Below, piece after piece: positions 60,814 through 64,000 of a stretch of 64,000 bases of DNA. Below the pieces are notes generated by a model. That model had not been told where the DNA came from. It was given only the letters and a program-made list of their open reading frames with translations, and ran no database searches. Every line of letters starts with the position of its first letter. Position 1 is the first letter of the stretch. Source of the stretch: Gracilibacter sp. BRH_c7a (lineage in GTDB: Bacteria; Bacillota; Desulfitobacteriia; Desulfitobacteriales; Syntrophobotulaceae); NCBI GenBank assembly GCA_001516055.1, contig LOEZ01000080.1, positions 81,091-145,090 on the forward strand. Reading direction: 5' to 3'. Position numbers and translations under genes: made by a program.

Positions 60814-60838
60814 AATTGCTTAGTTTAGCAGTTTTTTC
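60814..60838 (+). terminator. Rho-independent terminator ending the O-acylation operon
   Basis: AATTGCT-TAGTTT-AGCAGTT (one G-U pair) followed by TTTTTT. A sister hairpin AACTGCTT/AAGCAGTT lies at 60749-60769. Confidence 0.6.
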
Positions 60839-61011
60839 TTTATAGGAACAAAATTATTGTAATATTAAACAGGGATAAAGTAAAAGACGTCGAATTATCT
60901 CAAAAAAATAAACTTAATTAGGCCTAAAGGATACACTTTTCTTTATCTTTAGATTTTACATAAACCGTCTCTGGCTCTAATAAAGGTGCAACAATAGAAG
61001 GGTTGATAATA

Positions 61012-61914
61012 ATGGAGAAGAATACCATTATGGTTGTCGATGACCAAACTCTTAATTTATATTTATTAAAAGATGTACTAAATGAATATAAAGTTATCTT
61101 AGCAAAAGATGGAGAACAAGCTCTCAAAATTCTGGAAGAAGAGATTTTACCTGATCTTATATTACTTGACATTCTTATGCCTGGAATGAGTGGATTTGAA
61201 GTAATTAAGATCATTAAAGATAATGACAGGACAAGAGATATCCCGGTTATTTTTATCACCGGTCTTAATTCGGCCGAGGACGAAGAACAAGGCTTAAATC
61301 TTGGTGCCATGGATTATATCGTGAAGCCCTTTAACCCAGCCATCGTTCGTGCCCGGATTAGAAACACGCTGAAATATAGAAACCAACAAAAAATGCTGGA
61401 AACTATGGTACATATAGATGGTTTAACCGAGATTCCCAACCGCAGAAATTTTGATATCATCCTAGATAGAGAATACAAGAGTGCAGTTCGGAATAAAAGA
61501 TGGCTTTCTCTAATCATGATAGATGTTGACCAGTTCAAACACTATAATGATAATTATGGCCACGCAAAAGGTGACGAAGCACTTATTAGAATTGCTAAAA
61601 CAATAAAGTCATGCCTGAAACGTCCTGATGATTTTGTTGCTAGATATGGTGGAGAAGAATTTGCAGTTATACTTCCGGATACTGATGAAGGCGGAGGAAG
61701 AAAAGTCGCAGAAAATATTCGTCAGGCAATCAATAGTCTTAGAATAAAACATCAGAAACCAGAAGGTGATCCTTGGCTAACAATAAGCCTAGGTAGTTAT
61801 AGTTCAATGCCTAACGCTTTCCGAAAGGAGAATAGTCTTATTGAAAAAGCTGACGCCTGCTTGTACAAAGCAAAGCACAACGGTAAAAATTGCACGGTAT
61901 GTGAACAGGAATAA
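61012..61914 (+). CDS. Response-regulator diguanylate cyclase (REC-GGDEF, PleD/WspR-like)
   Basis: REC domain (VVDDQ ... DLILLDILMPGMSG ... KP). GGEEF active site with the I-site RPDD five residues upstream (RPDDFVARYGGEEF). Confidence 0.88.
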   Translation: MEKNTIMVVDDQTLNLYLLKDVLNEYKVILAKDGEQALKILEEEILPDLILLDILMPGMSGFEVIKIIKDNDRTRDIPVIFITGLNSAEDEEQGLNLGAMDYIVKPFNPAIVRARIRNTLKYRNQQKMLETMVHIDGLTEIPNRRNFDIILDREYKSAVRNKRWLSLIMIDVDQFKHYNDNYGHAKGDEALIRIAKTIKSCLKRPDDFVARYGGEEFAVILPDTDEGGGRKVAENIRQAINSLRIKHQKPEGDPWLTISLGSYSSMPNAFRKENSLIEKADACLYKAKHNGKNCTVCEQE

Positions 61915-61915
61915 A

Positions 61916-61977
61916 GTAAAGAACCGTCCCTGACTTTACTAAACAAGAATAAAGTAAAGAACCGTCCCTAACTTTAC
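61916..61977 (-). repeat. Hairpin repeat locus 5 (two reverse copies in a 38-nt tandem)
   Basis: GTAAAGAACCGTCCCTGACTTTAC (61916-61939) and GTAAAGAACCGTCCCTAACTTTAC (61954-61977). The gene stop TAA (61912-61914) lies in the extended repeat arm ATAAAGTAAAG. Confidence 0.85.
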
Positions 61978-62037
61978 TAACTTTAATGCGTAAAGGTGTG
62001 TGAAGAAAACTTGCTGCTATCCAGACATAATCGAAGG

Positions 62038-64000
62038 TTGACTTCCCCGAAAAGGACATGTACTTTATTTATTTTGTCTTTATTTACTCTTCTGGCTCTA
62101 GTTTTCCCAGCAAATATATTAGCAATAACTGATAATTATGAAACTGAAAGGCTCGCCGGCAGTAATCGGATGGAGACCATGTATCAGATAGCGCTCCATC
62201 AGTACCCGGGGATGGTCGATAATGTTGTACTGGCTTCCGGATATGGATTTGCCGATGCCTTAGCAGGTGTTCCTTTTGCTCATCAAAAAAATGCACCCAT
62301 CTTGCTTGTAAATCAAATGCCAAAAGCAGATAGTCAGGCAATTAAATATATAACCGATCATCTTCGGATTGATGGTAAGGCCTACATCCTTGGAGGAGAT
62401 GGTGTTATCAGTCCGGAATATGAAAAAGCACTTACCGCTTTAGGCATACCCGCTGAGAACATTATCAGGATTGCCGGAGCCAATCGCTATGAGACTGCAG
62501 TAGAAATAGCCAAGAACATGGTACATGATGGCAGTGAATATTATCTCGTCTCTGGTGTAGACTTTCCAGATGCCTTAAGTGCATCGGTCCTCGCAGCCAC
62601 GACAAACTATTACTCTGCCGAGGAAGTAAATTATCTTGCTAGCAAAGGCAAATCAATCGAGGTAAGCAGAGGTGGAGTACCGATAATACTATTACCTTCG
62701 AATGGAACCATACCGGATATCATCGTCAAGTATCTGAATAACTCTCTCCTTGATATAACTCAGAAGCAAACTCTACAGGTAATAGGTGGTACAGGTGCAA
62801 TCTCAGAAGAATTAACTCAAGAATTAAATACCAAAGTAACATACTTATCTTCCGAAGGTGTAAAACGTATCAGTGGGAGTGACAGATACCATACTAATAA
62901 AAGTCTTGTCCTCCAACAAGACAGATTCAATAAATCCTGGCAGAACAATGGACGGGGCTTACCAGTCCCGCAGCTGGTTCTGGCCTCCGGACAGGATTAT
63001 CCTGACGCTTTATCTGGAGCAGTTCTAGCCGCCAATATCAAAGCACCACTGGTGCTAATTAACGAAAACCTTCCAACAGCCACCTCAGATATATTATTAA
63101 ACTATTACCAGAGAAACCTTTCTGCTCAAGCAACCCCCAGCAACATCATTGTTCTGGGTGGTACAGGCGTTGTATCACAGGAGACTGTCACCAAAGTACA
63201 CTATATCTTCAACTATGGCAAAATACCGGTAGGGAAGCAAGTAAGCACATTAGCTACTGATTTTAACTTTCCTTTCGCAGCAGTTCAGGCGGCTAACGGA
63301 AATATATATGTTTCTGATACCAAGAATCACTTGATAAAGGTGGTCGAGGCAGACGGTTCTGTAGCAACTTTTGCTGGTAACATAGATAAAACAGATGACT
63401 ATGGGATGCCTGTTGGTGGACTGGTAGATGGACAAAGGGAGAAGGCCAGATTTAATCTCCCCAGCGGCTTAGCCTTAGATAATAAAGGAAACCTCTTTAT
63501 CGCTGACTCCGGTAACGGAGCTATTAGAGTTATCGACAATAACGGGCTAGCATCTACCTTAATCAAGGACTTGAGCCTCCCTTCTGATATCATTCTCAGC
63601 ACAAAAGGAACGCTCTATGTCACGGAAACTTTAAAGCATAGGGTGCTTGAAGTTAAAATGGACGGGACTTATGAAGTTATCGCTGGCGGAAACTATGAAC
63701 AAAAAGATGGTTACCTAGAAGGAGCATTCACTGATGGCCGAGGAGAGGAAGCCAAGTTCAATGAACCAATCGGGCTTACCTTGGGAGCAGATGGAATTAT
63801 CTATGTCACTGACAGTGGTAACCAAAGGATTAGGATGATAACACCAGATAAACAAGTTTCAACCTTAGCAGGTAGCGGTACGGAGTTTACACCCTACACT
63901 ACCTATATAAAGGGAGGATTTAATGACGGAATCCTTCAGACGGCTGAGTTCAACTTTCCTACCGGGATTACCATAGGTCCAGACGGGTCTATCTATGTAG
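62038..64000 (+). CDS. Secreted CWB2-repeat cell-wall protein with C-terminal NHL repeats (3' partial, runs off the window)
   Basis: Not in the ORF track because there is no stop inside the window. The frame opens at 61987. Signal peptide ...LFILSLFTLLALVFPANILA. CWB2 repeats RLAGSNRMET, RIAGANRYET, RISGSDRYHT. NHL repeats such as FNLPSGLALDNKGNLFIADSGNGAIRVI. The start is uncertain: TTG 62038, TTG 62011 or GTG 61996. Confidence 0.75.
   Translation, partial: MTSPKRTCTLFILSLFTLLALVFPANILAITDNYETERLAGSNRMETMYQIALHQYPGMVDNVVLASGYGFADALAGVPFAHQKNAPILLVNQMPKADSQAIKYITDHLRIDGKAYILGGDGVISPEYEKALTALGIPAENIIRIAGANRYETAVEIAKNMVHDGSEYYLVSGVDFPDALSASVLAATTNYYSAEEVNYLASKGKSIEVSRGGVPIILLPSNGTIPDIIVKYLNNSLLDITQKQTLQVIGGTGAISEELTQELNTKVTYLSSEGVKRISGSDRYHTNKSLVLQQDRFNKSWQNNGRGLPVPQLVLASGQDYPDALSGAVLAANIKAPLVLINENLPTATSDILLNYYQRNLSAQATPSNIIVLGGTGVVSQETVTKVHYIFNYGKIPVGKQVSTLATDFNFPFAAVQAANGNIYVSDTKNHLIKVVEADGSVATFAGNIDKTDDYGMPVGGLVDGQREKARFNLPSGLALDNKGNLFIADSGNGAIRVIDNNGLASTLIKDLSLPSDIILSTKGTLYVTETLKHRVLEVKMDGTYEVIAGGNYEQKDGYLEGAFTDGRGEEAKFNEPIGLTLGADGIIYVTDSGNQRIRMITPDKQVSTLAGSGTEFTPYTTYIKGGFNDGILQTAEFNFPTGITIGPDGSIYV

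Noticed and set aside
33866-61977. Could the GTAAAG...CTTTAC repeats be a CRISPR array?
   Set aside because: The copies lie in five separate intergenic spots tens of kb apart and occur in both orientations. Spacing is irregular (14-45 nt within a spot) and no cas genes are present. This is not CRISPR architecture.
61915-62037. c-di-GMP riboswitch (GEMM-I/II) upstream of the CWB2 genes; 30803-30896 and 33853-34160 were also checked
   Set aside because: No GEMM-like conserved segments or paired helices were seen. The regions are occupied by the hairpin repeats and terminators.
62058-62132. 24-codon ATG ORF (MYFIYFVF...) overlapping the signal-peptide region of the third CWB2 gene, suggesting a +1 frameshift like that at 34160
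   Set aside because: In-frame TTG and GTG starts (62038, 62011, 61996) give a normal signal peptide without any frameshift. The ATG has essentially no spacing from its putative SD.

Overview
The window looks like a low-GC Firmicutes (Clostridia-type) chromosome; I could not assign a genus. Supporting signs are FabK-type fatty-acid synthesis, a CtsR box at clpP, tandem NrdR boxes at a class II RNR, CWB2 cell-wall-binding proteins and sporulation-type PAS kinases.

**Left half (1-33 kb), housekeeping.** It carries a metal ABC importer and a complete type II fatty-acid/acetyl-CoA carboxylase operon: MarR/FabT-like regulator, fabH, acpP, fabK, fabD, fabG, fabF, accB, fabZ, accC, accD, accA, birA, bioY. 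After that come a PAS-PAS histidine kinase, nrdJ, a CapA/glycolipid-synthase block, clpP and galU.

**Right half (31-64 kb), cell-envelope accessory region.**
- Three CWB2-repeat wall proteins: two with SLT lytic-transglycosylase heads and one with NHL repeats, the last running off the window end.
- Two diguanylate cyclases interleaved with them.
- A roughly 25 kb Wzx/Wzy-type glycan locus. It combines a WbpA/B/D/E/I-like UDP-ManNAc3NAcA set with a PglF/E/C-like set, five glycosyltransferases, two Wzy-like proteins, a Wzz-like protein and an MBOAT O-acylation pair.

**Signals not explained by genes.**
- A family of 11 copies of a 24-nt hairpin repeat (GTAAAGTCAGGGACGGTTCTTTAC). It is confined to the accessory half, always sits just after stop codons, and in places brackets gene modules.
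- A GC-rich structured element present twice (21.1 kb and 44.4 kb), with a compensatory base-pair change between the copies.

**Other oddities.** A chemoreceptor gene with a single in-frame TAA sits inside the glycan locus. One CWB2 gene has a signal-peptide region with no canonical start codon. The 2-epimerase carries an S/N-rich repeat-encoded insertion. An unannotated 48-aa zinc-ribbon ORF is also present.

No rRNA, tRNA, CRISPR array, transposase or phage gene was seen. All family assignments rest on motifs read by eye; no database search was run.
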